Below, piece by piece: positions 38,556 through 48,669 of a stretch of 64,000 nucleotides of DNA. Source of the stretch: Opitutales bacterium (GTDB lineage Bacteria; Verrucomicrobiota; Verrucomicrobiia; Opitutales; JBHJGM01); assembly GCA_050331595.1 (NCBI GenBank), contig JBHJGQ010000006.1, forward strand, positions 1,049 through 65,048, given 5' to 3'. Made by a program: the position numbers and the translations under genes. The notes below the pieces were generated by a model, which saw only the letters and a list, made by a program, of their open reading frames with translations, was not told where the DNA came from and ran no database searches. The stretch's first letter is position 1. Every line of letters begins with the position of its first letter.

Positions 38556-39641
38556 TCATCCCCGTATCAGCATGGCGTCGCCGTAGCTGAAGAAGCGGTA
38601 GCCCCGGGTGATGGCCTCGGTGTACAACGTCTTGAGCCAGTTGATGCCTTCGGTGCGGCCCGGGGTGAGAAACGCCGACACGAGGCAGAGCAGGGTGGAG
38701 CGCGGCAAATGAAAATTCGTTATCAATGCGTCCGCGTTCGCAAATTCAGCCGGCGGATAGATGTAAATGTCCGCCTGAGCCACGAAAGGCTGCCCGTCCT
38801 CGCCGCGGTGGCCGGCGGCTTGTTTGCGCGCACAATCTTCGAGGGCGCGTAAACTGGTGGTGCCCACCGCCAGGCGCGGTCCGGCTTCAGGCCGCTGCAG
38901 TTCGGTCAGGGTTTCCGGCGGGATGACGTAGGTCTCGGTGTGGATGGTATGGTCCTCGACCGTGTCGGTCTGAATCGGCTGAAAGGTATCCAGGCCCACG
39001 TGCAGGCTCAGGTCATGGCTGCGGAAACCGTCTGCTTCCAAACGCTCAAGCAGTTCGGGCGTGAAGTGCAGACCGGCAGTGGGTGCTGCGGCGGCCACGG
39101 GCTGACCGGGCGCGGCGTAGACGGTCTGGTAGCGCTCGCGGTCGAGTTGCGCCAGTTCGGGCCGCTCACGCCGAATGTAGGGCGGCAGCGGCATCTCGCC
39201 CAAGGCTTGCGCGAGGGCGGTCACGCTGCGTGCGCCATCCACCTTGAAGCGTACGAGTGCGGGCCCGCGTTCGGGTTTTTTTTCGACGGTGGCCCGGAAC
39301 TGCCCGTCGAGGCCAAAGGTGGCGCCTGCGGGCAGTTTCTTGCCTGGGCGCAGCAGGCACCACCAGCGGTTCGCCTCGTCGGGGGTGGGGTGCAGGAGCA
39401 GGCACTCCACCGCCCCGCCGGTGGGGCGGGTGGCGCGCAGGCGCGCGGGCAGGACGGCGGCGTTGTTGCGAAAGAGGCGCGTGCCCGGCGGCAGCAGCTG
39501 GGGCAATTCGTGAAAGCGGTGATGGCTGATGCGCTGCGTCGTGCGGTCGACGACCATCAGCCGAGAGGCGTCGCGACGCTCGGCAGGCACCTGCGCGATG
39601 CACTGGGGGGGCAGGTCGAAGTCAAACTGGGCGGTGTCCAT
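38556..39641 (-). CDS. queA: S-adenosylmethionine:tRNA ribosyltransferase-isomerase
   Basis: FDFDLP..IAQ, PLPPYI, YQTVYA, AAPTAGLHFT, TNFHLPRSTL, YRFFSYGDAM. Confidence 0.98.
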   Translation of the reverse strand: MDTAQFDFDLPPQCIAQVPAERRDASRLMVVDRTTQRISHHRFHELPQLLPPGTRLFRNNAAVLPARLRATRPTGGAVECLLLHPTPDEANRWWCLLRPGKKLPAGATFGLDGQFRATVEKKPERGPALVRFKVDGARSVTALAQALGEMPLPPYIRRERPELAQLDRERYQTVYAAPGQPVAAAAPTAGLHFTPELLERLEADGFRSHDLSLHVGLDTFQPIQTDTVEDHTIHTETYVIPPETLTELQRPEAGPRLAVGTTSLRALEDCARKQAAGHRGEDGQPFVAQADIYIYPPAEFANADALITNFHLPRSTLLCLVSAFLTPGRTEGINWLKTLYTEAITRGYRFFSYGDAMLIRG

Positions 39642-39757
39642 GCGGCGGGCCAAAGCGGGTTTTCGGGTTGGACTGTGGCCGAAAGCCGCGTTTGTTCAAT
39701 GGTTTGCCGCCCGTGGTCAACACCGCGTGGCCGCACCTGATAAACGCCACCACGCCC

Positions 39758-40954
39758 ATGCCCGTCCCGCTGCTCGACGTCAACGCCCAGAACCTGCCGC
39801 TCGAGGCCGAGTGCAAAGCCGTCTTCGAGCGCGTCTTCCGCTCGGGCCGATTCATCATGGGCGAGGCGCTGACGCAGTTCGAAACCGACCTGGCGGGCTC
39901 CCTCGGTGTGGCGCACGCGCTGGGTGTTTCCTCGGGTACCGATGCCTTGCTGCTGGCGCTGATGGCGCTGGAGATCGGTCCGGGCGACGAGGTGATCGTG
40001 CCCTCGTTCACGTTTTTCGCCACGGCGGGTGCGGTGACTCGGGTGGGGGCCAAGCCGGTCTTCGCCGACGTTTGCCCGTACTGTTTCAACCTGCAGCCGG
40101 ACGGTCTCGAGGCCCTGGTCACGCCGCGAACGAAGGCTATCTTGCCTGTGCACCTGTTTGGCCAGGCCGCCGAAATGGACGAGCTGCTCGAGGTGGCTCG
40201 GGCGCGGAACGTGCACGTGATCGAGGATGCCGCGCAATCGCTGGGGGCCCGTTACAAGGATCGCGCGGTCGGCACGCTGGGCACGTGCGGCACCTTCAGT
40301 TTCTACCCGTCGAAGAACCTCAGCGGCTTCGGCGACAGCGGGCTATTCGTGACCGACGACCCCGCGCTGTACGCGCGTGCCAAGGCCCTGCGGGTGCACG
40401 GAATGGAGCCCAAATACCACCACGCGCGGGTCGGCGGCAACTTTCGGATGGACCCGCTGCAGGCGGCGCTGCTCTCGGTCAAGCTGCCACATCTGGAGGC
40501 CTACAACGCCGCGCGCCAGGCCAACGCGGCCTACTACGCAGAGCAGCTGACACGGATTCCCGCTGCCGCGTTGACGGACAAAGCCGCCTGTGGGGCGGAG
40601 GCTTGGCCAGCTTCCAACATGACTCAGTTGCTGCTGCCAGTGGCGTATCCAGAAAACCATCACATCTGGAATCAGTACACGCTCCGCCTGCGCTCCGAGG
40701 AAGGCGGCCCGAACCGCCGCGACGCCCTGCGCGCGCACCTGGCCGGTCGCGGAATTGGCTGTGAGGTTTACTACCCCATCCCGCTGCACCGCCAGCCGTG
40801 TTTCGCCGATGTCGTGGCCGAGGGCACGCACCTGCCACTGAGCGACCAACTGGCGGACGAGGTGCTGAGCCTGCCGATTTACCCGGAGTTGACCCACGCC
40901 CAGCTCGACGAGGTCATCGTGGCGATTGCTGATTTCTTCGAATCCCGGACCTGA
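39758..40954 (+). CDS. DegT/DnrJ/EryC1/StrS PLP-dependent aminotransferase
   Basis: SSGTDAL, PVHLFGQ, IEDAAQ, FSFYPSKNL, GGNFRMD, LSLPIYPEL. Confidence 0.95.
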   Translation: MPVPLLDVNAQNLPLEAECKAVFERVFRSGRFIMGEALTQFETDLAGSLGVAHALGVSSGTDALLLALMALEIGPGDEVIVPSFTFFATAGAVTRVGAKPVFADVCPYCFNLQPDGLEALVTPRTKAILPVHLFGQAAEMDELLEVARARNVHVIEDAAQSLGARYKDRAVGTLGTCGTFSFYPSKNLSGFGDSGLFVTDDPALYARAKALRVHGMEPKYHHARVGGNFRMDPLQAALLSVKLPHLEAYNAARQANAAYYAEQLTRIPAAALTDKAACGAEAWPASNMTQLLLPVAYPENHHIWNQYTLRLRSEEGGPNRRDALRAHLAGRGIGCEVYYPIPLHRQPCFADVVAEGTHLPLSDQLADEVLSLPIYPELTHAQLDEVIVAIADFFESRT

Positions 40955-41059
40955 GCCGAAGGGATCCTTTCAGATCACCTGAAATCCCCGTCAGTGCCTG
41001 CGGGCTGCCCCGCATTGGATCCGCGCTCAAGTCCGCGGCCTTGGGTTCTCCATCAACAT

Positions 41060-41087
41060 AGAACCAAAAACCAAGAACCAGGAACCA
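41060..41087 (+). repeat. 7-bp tandem repeat, RRAACCA type
   Basis: AGAACCA AAAACCA AGAACCA GGAACCA, between convergent genes. Confidence 0.8.
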
Positions 41088-41104
41088 AGAAAAACCGTGC
41101 TTCG

Positions 41105-42799
41105 CTACGGCGCAACGCTGGCGACCCAGGCGCGGTCGGTTTCCGAGAATTTATCGAGCGTGACCCAGACGTCGCGGCCCGACGGCATCATGCGCAGGTG
41201 CACGGCGTCCTCGCGCACCGCCAGCAGGCTCGCGCGAACGGTTTGCTGGGGATTCTCGCTGCTGGTCCAGACGCGCTCCGGGGCAATCGGTTCCGGCGCG
41301 GGGGTGGCGAAGGCGCTGGGCCCGGTGGCCGTCTCGCCGACGAGCGATACCATACTCTGCGCCGGCATGCGCACTGTCAGCGTGTCGCGCTCGACGTTCA
41401 CTGTGCCGACGTCCTTAAAGTCCTCATCCTCGGTCGTGCGAAACTGGGTCATGCGGTCCAGGCCGGGAACGTTCTTCAGGACCAGCTCAATCTCGGCATC
41501 CTCGCGTTTCGGGTTGATCAGGACGATGGAGAGCTGGCCGGATTCGGGATGTCGATAGGCGCTGGCGGAAACACCGTCGTCGCTTGGCTTGGCCTGGATG
41601 CGCTGGGCCCCGCGGTCGATCACCTTGGAGAAATGGCGTACAGCGTGGCTTTTCTTGGTCAATTCGTGGTTCACCATCAGCGCGTGTTGCGTGGGCTTCG
41701 GCTCAGTGATTTGCCAGGGGACGAAGGCCGAGGCGTTGCCGTGAACGAAGCTGTTGTGGATGGCGGCCGCCACGCCGCTGAGCGGCTCGGGCCAGGCGTG
41801 TTTGCCGGTGCCGCCCTCGGTGATCCAAAAGGGTTTGCCGGTAGCCTCGATGGTCGCCCAAAACTCGGCGGTGGAGGTGGCGCTGTGGTCTTCGCGGTGC
41901 CCGTCGACGTAGCCGTGCGTGGCCCACACGTCCAGGTGCTGCCTGGCTTTGCCGCTGGTCAGTTCAGCGATGAAGGGCGGATTGCCGTGTGAGTAATTGT
42001 GGCCGGTCATCGTTTCCGGGCCAAAGAGCAGGATGTTTTCCTTGCCGGCGTCGTCGAGGGCCTCGCCCAGCAGCACGATGATGTCGGCGTAGTCTTCGGC
42101 GGTCCAGATGTTGCTCTGGAACCACTGAGTGAAGATGACCTCGTTACCCGCGCTGATCGCCTCCAGTGGCGTGCCGTTATCCGCAAAGAGCCGCGCCATT
42201 TCGACCAGCCAGGCGACGAAATGCGGGTAATGCTCGCGCGTGACGTAGTTTTGAGAGCGCCCGTAGGTCAGCGCGTTGTTGCCCAGGTTCAGGCGGTTGC
42301 GCGCATTCATGCCCTCCAGCTGCGGATCGTACAGCCCGCGCGTCGTCTGCCCGTGGGCTTTCATCCATTCGGGCGGTGACCAGACCGTACCGATGATCAT
42401 CATGTCGGGATTGACCCGCTTGAGCTTCTTCGCGAAGTCCAAAAAGACATCCACGCGGCCCGAATAGCCATTCATGCGAAAGGTGCGGAAATCGAAATCG
42501 TCAGGCTCGACCGGGGTCGGCTGGGTGCCGCCGGACAGTTCGCAGCGCAGGATGTTCAGGCCCATGTCGTCGGCGTAGAGGCGCGCCAGGCGCTCGTCGT
42601 AGGTGCGTTCGGGAAACTTGCCCCAGCTGATCAGGCAGGTGCCAAAACCGTCAATCGTCTGAAACGTGCGGCTGGCATCGACCGTGATGGTCTGCTCGAA
42701 ACGGGCCTGGGCCAGTGTCGGCAGGCTCAGGAAAATCAGGGCGCTAAGGACGCGGGCGTTTTGCCGGGAACGCAGGAAGGGGAAGCGGATGGTGCGCAT
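41105..42799 (-). CDS. Glycoside hydrolase family 30 (xylanase-like) with C-terminal SHD1-like domain
   Basis: Signal peptide, FQTIDGFG, GLNILR, WSPPEWMK, acid/base SAGNE, nucleophile FWITE. C-terminal RVWTS...V.ASLL...V.LDKFSETDRAWV. Confidence 0.85.
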   Translation of the reverse strand: MRTIRFPFLRSRQNARVLSALIFLSLPTLAQARFEQTITVDASRTFQTIDGFGTCLISWGKFPERTYDERLARLYADDMGLNILRCELSGGTQPTPVEPDDFDFRTFRMNGYSGRVDVFLDFAKKLKRVNPDMMIIGTVWSPPEWMKAHGQTTRGLYDPQLEGMNARNRLNLGNNALTYGRSQNYVTREHYPHFVAWLVEMARLFADNGTPLEAISAGNEVIFTQWFQSNIWTAEDYADIIVLLGEALDDAGKENILLFGPETMTGHNYSHGNPPFIAELTSGKARQHLDVWATHGYVDGHREDHSATSTAEFWATIEATGKPFWITEGGTGKHAWPEPLSGVAAAIHNSFVHGNASAFVPWQITEPKPTQHALMVNHELTKKSHAVRHFSKVIDRGAQRIQAKPSDDGVSASAYRHPESGQLSIVLINPKREDAEIELVLKNVPGLDRMTQFRTTEDEDFKDVGTVNVERDTLTVRMPAQSMVSLVGETATGPSAFATPAPEPIAPERVWTSSENPQQTVRASLLAVREDAVHLRMMPSGRDVWVTLDKFSETDRAWVASVAP

Positions 42800-42992
42800 G
42801 GAGAACAGAACGAGGGTGAACGAGAACAGGTGTTTTGATCCTGTAGCGTTGCGTATCCCGTGACAAGTCTGTGCGTCGCAGGTTCCTCGGGTTGCTCAGC
42901 GTCGACAGTCCCCGCTGGGGCGCAAAGGTTCGCCTGATTGCCGGCTGAACCTAACGTTCATAGAATAATCCAAAATGAGTTGGCCGGATCGC

Positions 42993-43019
42993 TTAAGAAA
43001 CCTTCGCAACCAGCGATTA
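42993..43019 (+). promoter_or_regulatory. Weak sigma28 (FliA)-like promoter candidate upstream of the MCP
   Basis: TTAA-N15-AGCGATTA against consensus TAAA-N15-GCCGATAA. Spacing is right, the match is partial. Confidence 0.25.
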
Positions 43020-43083
43020 CTGAAACGCATTTGGTGTACTTACCCGAGAAAGGCACCCAGGCGCCGCTCGCCGCACTAATCTG

Positions 43084-45432
43084 ATGAAACTGAGCACGAA
43101 AATCACGTTTGGCTTTGCGGCGGTTGTCGCCGTCACCGCCGTACTGGGCATTGTCGCCCAAATCTCCATGCGCTCGGCCAGCAGCGCTGCCGATGTCATG
43201 GCCGAGGCCTATCTACCTGAAGTCCAAGTTTCGGCGAGGATCGAAAGCAACGCGACGTCGGCCATGTTCGACTTGCGCGGGTACGGTTTCACGAGCGACG
43301 AAAAGTTTCTGCGTCTGGGCCGGGGATTTCTCGAGGAAGTGGGCAAAGCGCTCGACGATGCGGAGCAACTCGCCGAAGCACACAGCCTGCCCGCCTTGGC
43401 CCAAACCGTTGAGGAGGCCCGCAGTGCGCTGGTTGCCTATCAGGGGGAAGTCGAGACGACCGTGGGGATCAATCGCTCGATGGACACCAAGCGGGGCGAA
43501 ATGGACGCCGCCGCCGGCACCTACATGACCGCGCTCCACGGTTTTGTGACCGGACAGGAAACCGCCCTCGAACGCGATTTGTCCGAACGTCAGACGAAGA
43601 TCGGCCTGGTGGTGCAAATCATTGATAACGCGGCCGAGGCGCGGGTCTCCAATTTCAAGTCTCAGGCCACCGGCGACCTCGGAACCCTCGACGAAGCAAT
43701 CGCGCGCATCGACAAGATCGACGGCTTGGCCGATCTGCTGGGTTCGGTTACGCGCCGCGAGGTGGATTTGCAGCGCATCGACGAAATCGTGGCCGCGGCC
43801 AACGCGTATCAGGACGCGATGAAGGCGTTTCGGCAGGGGCTGGTCCAGAATCTCGCCGACGACAGCCCGGTCATCCGCAACGCACGTCGTGAGATGGATG
43901 CCAGCGCGGGCATCATGATGCAGCAATGCCGTGATTTTCTCGATGGCCAGAGCAAAGCCCTGAGTACCGACATCAATGAACGCATTGAAAAGATCCGCCT
44001 GGCCGAAACTGTCCAACGCCTCGGCAACGAGGCGCGCGGGGCTAACTTTAAGGCGCAGGCGCTGCGCGATTCAGCCATCCTCGAGGAGGGCCTGACCAAT
44101 TTTTCGAAGATTACCCAGCAGTACGAAGCCTTACGCAAGATCACGCGGTTGCCCGAAGACCTGGCCCTGATCGCTCAAACCGAAGAAGCGGGTCAGGCCT
44201 ACGAAACGGCGATGCAGGGCTTTTTGGCCGACTGGAAGCGCCTGCAAGTCCTCAACAAGCAGCGCGTGGTGACCAGTTCCAAGATGGTCGACGCGGCCCA
44301 GAAAAGCGCGACGGCTGCCATGGAACACCTGACCAGCAAGACCAGCGATGTGACCGATACGCTCGGCACTGGGTCGACGGTGATCTTGGTCGGTTTGCTC
44401 CTGGCGATTGTCGCCAGTGTGGTGCTGGCGTTCTTCATCGTGCGCAGCATCAGCCAGGCCGTGCGCGAAGTGGCCAACGACCTGCGCGATGCCTCCACCC
44501 AGGTCACCAGCGCGGCCAATCAAGTCTCCAGCGGAGCGCAGGATATGGCCAACGGCGCCTCCGAGCAGGCCGCCGGCATCGAGGAAACCTCGTCCTCGCT
44601 GGAGGAACTCAGCTCGATGACGCATCAGAATTCCGAGAACGCCGGTCAGGCCAACACCCTGATGTCGGAGAACTCCAAGCTCGTTGAGGAGGTCAACCAG
44701 TCCATGGGTGAGCTGACCCGACAGATGGCCGAGATTTCTGAAGCCAGCGGCGAGATGCAGAAGATTATCAAGACGATCGACGAAATCGCCTTTCAAACGA
44801 ACCTGCTGGCACTCAACGCGGCGGTTGAAGCTGCCCGCGCGGGGGAGGCCGGAGCCGGTTTTGCCGTGGTTGCCGACGAGGTGCGCAACCTGGCCATGCG
44901 TGCCGCTGAGGCGGCCAAGAACACCTCCAGCCTGATCGAAAGTTCAGTGGAGAAAATTGGCAGCGGCAGTGAGATTGTCGAACGCACCAACGAGGTCTTT
45001 ATCCGCGTGGAAGAGGGCTCGCGCCAGGCCGTCGAGCTGGTGGAGCAGATTTCCAACGCCTCGCGCGAGCAGGCCAGCGGTCTGGACCAGATCAACAAGG
45101 CCATCGCTGACATGGACAAGGTGACCCAGCACACCGCCTCGGGCGCGGAGGAATCTGCCTCGGCCGCGCAGGAACTGGCCACGCAGGCCGACAAGATGTA
45201 CAGCTTTGTGAAACTGCTCGTGCAGATGGTCGACGGCCAGGGCGGACTGCGCGGCATGCAGCCGGCCAGCGGCGGTAGCTTCGGCGGAGGTAGCGCGCCG
45301 CAGCGTTTTGCGGCGCAGCCTGCCCAAAAGGAAGTGGCGGTGCCCTCAGGCGGCGGTGGCAGTGGCCACGACGGTTTCTTTTTGACCGACGATCAACCCG
45401 GCGACGACGGCTTCGATCCGCTGACCCGATAG
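43084..45432 (+). CDS. Methyl-accepting chemotaxis protein
   Basis: Two TMs flanking a roughly 400-aa helical sensor. [40 protein letters not shown]. Confidence 0.97.
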   Translation: MKLSTKITFGFAAVVAVTAVLGIVAQISMRSASSAADVMAEAYLPEVQVSARIESNATSAMFDLRGYGFTSDEKFLRLGRGFLEEVGKALDDAEQLAEAHSLPALAQTVEEARSALVAYQGEVETTVGINRSMDTKRGEMDAAAGTYMTALHGFVTGQETALERDLSERQTKIGLVVQIIDNAAEARVSNFKSQATGDLGTLDEAIARIDKIDGLADLLGSVTRREVDLQRIDEIVAAANAYQDAMKAFRQGLVQNLADDSPVIRNARREMDASAGIMMQQCRDFLDGQSKALSTDINERIEKIRLAETVQRLGNEARGANFKAQALRDSAILEEGLTNFSKITQQYEALRKITRLPEDLALIAQTEEAGQAYETAMQGFLADWKRLQVLNKQRVVTSSKMVDAAQKSATAAMEHLTSKTSDVTDTLGTGSTVILVGLLLAIVASVVLAFFIVRSISQAVREVANDLRDASTQVTSAANQVSSGAQDMANGASEQAAGIEETSSSLEELSSMTHQNSENAGQANTLMSENSKLVEEVNQSMGELTRQMAEISEASGEMQKIIKTIDEIAFQTNLLALNAAVEAARAGEAGAGFAVVADEVRNLAMRAAEAAKNTSSLIESSVEKIGSGSEIVERTNEVFIRVEEGSRQAVELVEQISNASREQASGLDQINKAIADMDKVTQHTASGAEESASAAQELATQADKMYSFVKLLVQMVDGQGGLRGMQPASGGSFGGGSAPQRFAAQPAQKEVAVPSGGGGSGHDGFFLTDDQPGDDGFDPLTR

Positions 45433-45647
45433 GGCCTTCGGGCATTCCCTGAAGGTTCGTTAAGCGCTGCTATACAGGCGCTTGCATGCACTTTTTGGCT
45501 TCGGGCCAGGCGTGTTTTGCCTTGTCTGGAGTACGCCGAGTGGGATACTGTAGAGGATTGAAACCCTTGAATGCGGGCGCGTGTTGTGCTCGCTCAGCGA
45601 ACGTCTATCCTGCGCCGGCTTGCCGCGCGCGCCACCGAACTTGCGCT

Positions 45648-46049
45648 ATGTGTCTGAACCGTCTCGCACCCTCGATCTCGTTTGCGATCCCTCATGAATC
45701 CGAACCCGGCGCGCTGGCCTGCCACACCGAGCTGACGCTGCAGGCCGACGGCACACGCGTCTGCCGCGTTCGCCTGTTCAGTGGCGTGGGTCTGTCCTCG
45801 TTTGATGCGCTGGAGCACAATTTCAGCGAAATGGCGGCGTCCCACCCGACCCAGGCGATCATCGACCTGCGCGCCATGCCCAAACCGCCAACCTACCTGG
45901 TGCACGTGCTGGATACGTTTATTCGCGCGGTGAAACGCAACGGTGGCCAGGTAACCATGCTCTTGCCCGCCCTCGGAGAAAGCCCCAGTGGCCGCGCCCT
46001 CTTCACCCAGACCGGCTCCCGCCCGCCCTTCAAGATGACGGGGTGCTAG
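45648..46049 (+). CDS. Hypothetical protein, STAS-domain-like
   Basis: AIIDLRAM...VLDTFIRAVKRNGGQVTM resembles STAS. The phosphoacceptor DSS motif is absent. Confidence 0.5.
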   Translation: MCLNRLAPSISFAIPHESEPGALACHTELTLQADGTRVCRVRLFSGVGLSSFDALEHNFSEMAASHPTQAIIDLRAMPKPPTYLVHVLDTFIRAVKRNGGQVTMLLPALGESPSGRALFTQTGSRPPFKMTGC

Positions 46050-46054
46050 GCACG

Positions 46055-46432
46055 TCAGTCCAGCACGTAGCGGCTGAGGGTGCGAAAAACCTGGTCGACG
46101 TTGCTGGAGCCCTTGAACTCCAGGAGAAGCGGTTCGCTCTGGCCGCGGATCCAGAGCTTGATCTCGGCGTCGAGGTCGACGTGGCCGGTGTTCTCCTTGG
46201 AAAAACGCTCCACGCTGCGGTAGGGGATGCAGAGGTACTCGCGCTTGCGCCCGGTCAGCCCCTGCTTGTCGACAAAGACGATGCGCTTACTGGTCAGCAC
46301 GACCAGGTCGCGGATGAGTTTGTAGGCCTGCTCGATGGTCTCGCCCTTGATCAACAGGCCCTCCATGTCTTTTTCGAGGCGTTCGGCATCGACTTCGGAC
46401 GCGTGCCCGAGCAATCCACTGATGAGTCCCAT
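46055..46432 (-). CDS. Bacterial PH-domain protein
   Basis: LIRDLVVLTSKRIVFVDKQGLTG, IPY..V.RFS.E..GH.DLDAEIKLW. Confidence 0.9.
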   Translation of the reverse strand: MGLISGLLGHASEVDAERLEKDMEGLLIKGETIEQAYKLIRDLVVLTSKRIVFVDKQGLTGRKREYLCIPYRSVERFSKENTGHVDLDAEIKLWIRGQSEPLLLEFKGSSNVDQVFRTLSRYVLD

Positions 46433-46560
46433 GGGTGAGGAGTCTGGGCTGCCAAGGCGCTTGCCGCAATTGCGGAAAGCGCGTGCGTAGGCTTGCCAAC
46501 GGTCGTGCCCGCTGCCGACAATTCCTGCTTTCGCCCGCCTGAAATCCTCGCCTCCCGCCC

Positions 46561-48063
46561 ATGACCGCCTCGCCGCGCAACATTCTGCTCATCACCGCCG
46601 ACGAAATGCGTGGGGATGCACCCGCCTTCATGGGCAACCCCGATTGCCAGACGCCCCACCTCGACCGCCTGGCCGCGCGCGGTTCGGTGCTGGAGAACCA
46701 TTTTTGCGTCTTCCCCAAGTGCGTGCCCAGTCGCGTGTCGATGCACACAGGCCGTTACACGCATACGGAAGGGTACCGCTCCGTCATGCCGGACAACCAC
46801 ATGCCGCGCGGCCAGCCCAACTTTCCCGAGCAGCTGCGCTTCGCCCATGGTTACGAGACGGCCGTCTTCGGGCTCAACCACGTCTGGGACGATCGCTGGT
46901 TCTACGGTGACAACACGCCTCACAGCGGCGTGGTCGACTACACCTCCTTCACCAATGGCCCGCTGCGCGAAATGGCCAAAAAGCCCGCGCACTATCCCCC
47001 GCGCAATCCCGATGGGCCTGAGCCGCTTGGACCCCTGGACGTGGACTACGGCGGCTGCGAGGAAGGCGTGGTGGAGGGCTTCCTCGACCAAAACCGCTGC
47101 GACCAGGCCATCGGCTACATCGAGCAACTGCGCGACCGCTCCAAGCCGTTTTTCCTGCAGCTGAACATCAGCAAGCCGCACCCGTCGTACGCGGTTTGCG
47201 AGCCGTACTTTTCGATGTACGACCGCGCCCGGCTGACACCCTTTCCGCACACCCTGCCCACGAATGCCACGCTCTCGCTGCGCGCGCAGCGCGCGCATCG
47301 TCTCGGCGTCGACGTGGAGGAAGCCGTGTTGCGCGAGATTCAGGCGGTGTACTATGGCATGTGCACCTTTGTGGACCACCACATCGGGCGGGTGCTGGAC
47401 TGTTTGCAGGCGCAGGGGCTGGAGGAAAACACGCTGGTCGTGTTCACCTCCGACCACGGCGACTTTGCCGGGCAATACGGCATCAACGAAAAATGGGACA
47501 CCACCATGGCCGATTGCCTGTTGAAAGTGCCGCTGATCCTGGCCGGTCCCGATATCCCACAAGGGCAGCGCTTCGACGGGCTGACCGAGCACGTCGATTT
47601 GCCCGAGACGTTCTTCGATTACCTCGGCCTGGAGAACACCGAGCCCACGTGGCACTGGCATGGGCGCAGCCTGTTGCCGGTGTTGGAGGGCGCGCCGGGC
47701 AAGGATGCCGTATTTGCCGACGGTGGACACGAGGCACCGATGCGCGCGCGCTTCAACCGGCCTGTGTACCAGGAGAAAAAAGGTCGCCGGGTGAAGGCCA
47801 CCGGCGGCAAGCAGCTGACCTACCAGGAGGCGCCCGATGCCATGGCGCGCGCCAAAATGATCCGCATGCGTGACTGGAAACTGGTGGTGCGCGAAACCGG
47901 CGGCAACGAACTGTACCACCTGAGCGAAGACCCCTGGGAGCTGAACAACCTCTACGGTCAGCCCGGCACTGAGGCCGTGACGCTCGAACTGCAACGCGGC
48001 CTGTTGGAGTGGTGCCTGCGCACGGACACCGACCGTCCCTACCTGCAGAATGTGGGCGCGTGA
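46561..48063 (+). CDS. Formylglycine-dependent (Cys-type) sulfatase
   Basis: NILLITADEMR, CVPSR motif, TGRY, PHP, FTSDHGD. Confidence 0.94.
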   Translation: MTASPRNILLITADEMRGDAPAFMGNPDCQTPHLDRLAARGSVLENHFCVFPKCVPSRVSMHTGRYTHTEGYRSVMPDNHMPRGQPNFPEQLRFAHGYETAVFGLNHVWDDRWFYGDNTPHSGVVDYTSFTNGPLREMAKKPAHYPPRNPDGPEPLGPLDVDYGGCEEGVVEGFLDQNRCDQAIGYIEQLRDRSKPFFLQLNISKPHPSYAVCEPYFSMYDRARLTPFPHTLPTNATLSLRAQRAHRLGVDVEEAVLREIQAVYYGMCTFVDHHIGRVLDCLQAQGLEENTLVVFTSDHGDFAGQYGINEKWDTTMADCLLKVPLILAGPDIPQGQRFDGLTEHVDLPETFFDYLGLENTEPTWHWHGRSLLPVLEGAPGKDAVFADGGHEAPMRARFNRPVYQEKKGRRVKATGGKQLTYQEAPDAMARAKMIRMRDWKLVVRETGGNELYHLSEDPWELNNLYGQPGTEAVTLELQRGLLEWCLRTDTDRPYLQNVGA

Positions 48064-48120
48064 TTGGCCGCGTCTGGTGCGGGGGCTTGCCGCCGTGGGC
48101 CAGGCAGACATGTTGGCAGG

Positions 48121-48669
48121 ATGTCCACCTCGGTCTTGATTTGCTTTGCCCATCCGGCCTTTGAGCGTTCGCGGGCCAACCGGGCGCTGCTCGAGGCGGT
48201 GCGCGTAGTGGACGGGGTGCGCGTGCACGACCTTTACGAGGCGTATCCGGACTTCGTGATCGATGTGCCCGCCGAGCAGGCGCGAATGGAGGCGCACGAG
48301 GCCATCGTCTTTCAGTTTCCGTTTTTCTGGTATTCCACCCCGGCAATTTTGAAGGAGTGGCAGGACCTGGTGCTGGAGCACGGCTGGGCCTACGGCTCGG
48401 ACGCGACCGCCCTGCGCGGCAAGCGCTTCCTTTGCGCGTTGACCACCGGTGGCGGCGTGGGCAGCTACGGACCCTCCGGCGGCAACCGCTACAGCGTGCC
48501 CGAACTGCTTCGTCCGCTCGAGCAGACCGCTCGCCTGTGCGGGATGGAGCCGCTGGAGCCCTTCATCGTCTATGAAACCCACAGCCTCAGCGACGCGCAG
48601 CTCGCCGCCGAGGCCCAACGCTACGCCGCGCGCCTGCAGGCGCTGACGACACCGGTTGCAGGACGATGA
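48121..48669 (+). CDS. kefG: K+-efflux ancillary NAD(P)H oxidoreductase KefG/KefF
   Basis: FAHP..ERSRAN, DLYEAYPDF.ID, FQFPFFWYSTPAILKEWQD. ATGA overlap with the kef gene. Confidence 0.88.
   Translation: MSTSVLICFAHPAFERSRANRALLEAVRVVDGVRVHDLYEAYPDFVIDVPAEQARMEAHEAIVFQFPFFWYSTPAILKEWQDLVLEHGWAYGSDATALRGKRFLCALTTGGGVGSYGPSGGNRYSVPELLRPLEQTARLCGMEPLEPFIVYETHSLSDAQLAAEAQRYAARLQALTTPVAGR

Noticed and set aside
42905-42955. c-di-GMP-I riboswitch upstream of the MCP (GGGGCGCAAAG)
   Set aside because: It lacks the GCAAAC/GNRA P2 stem, and only a short motif matches.
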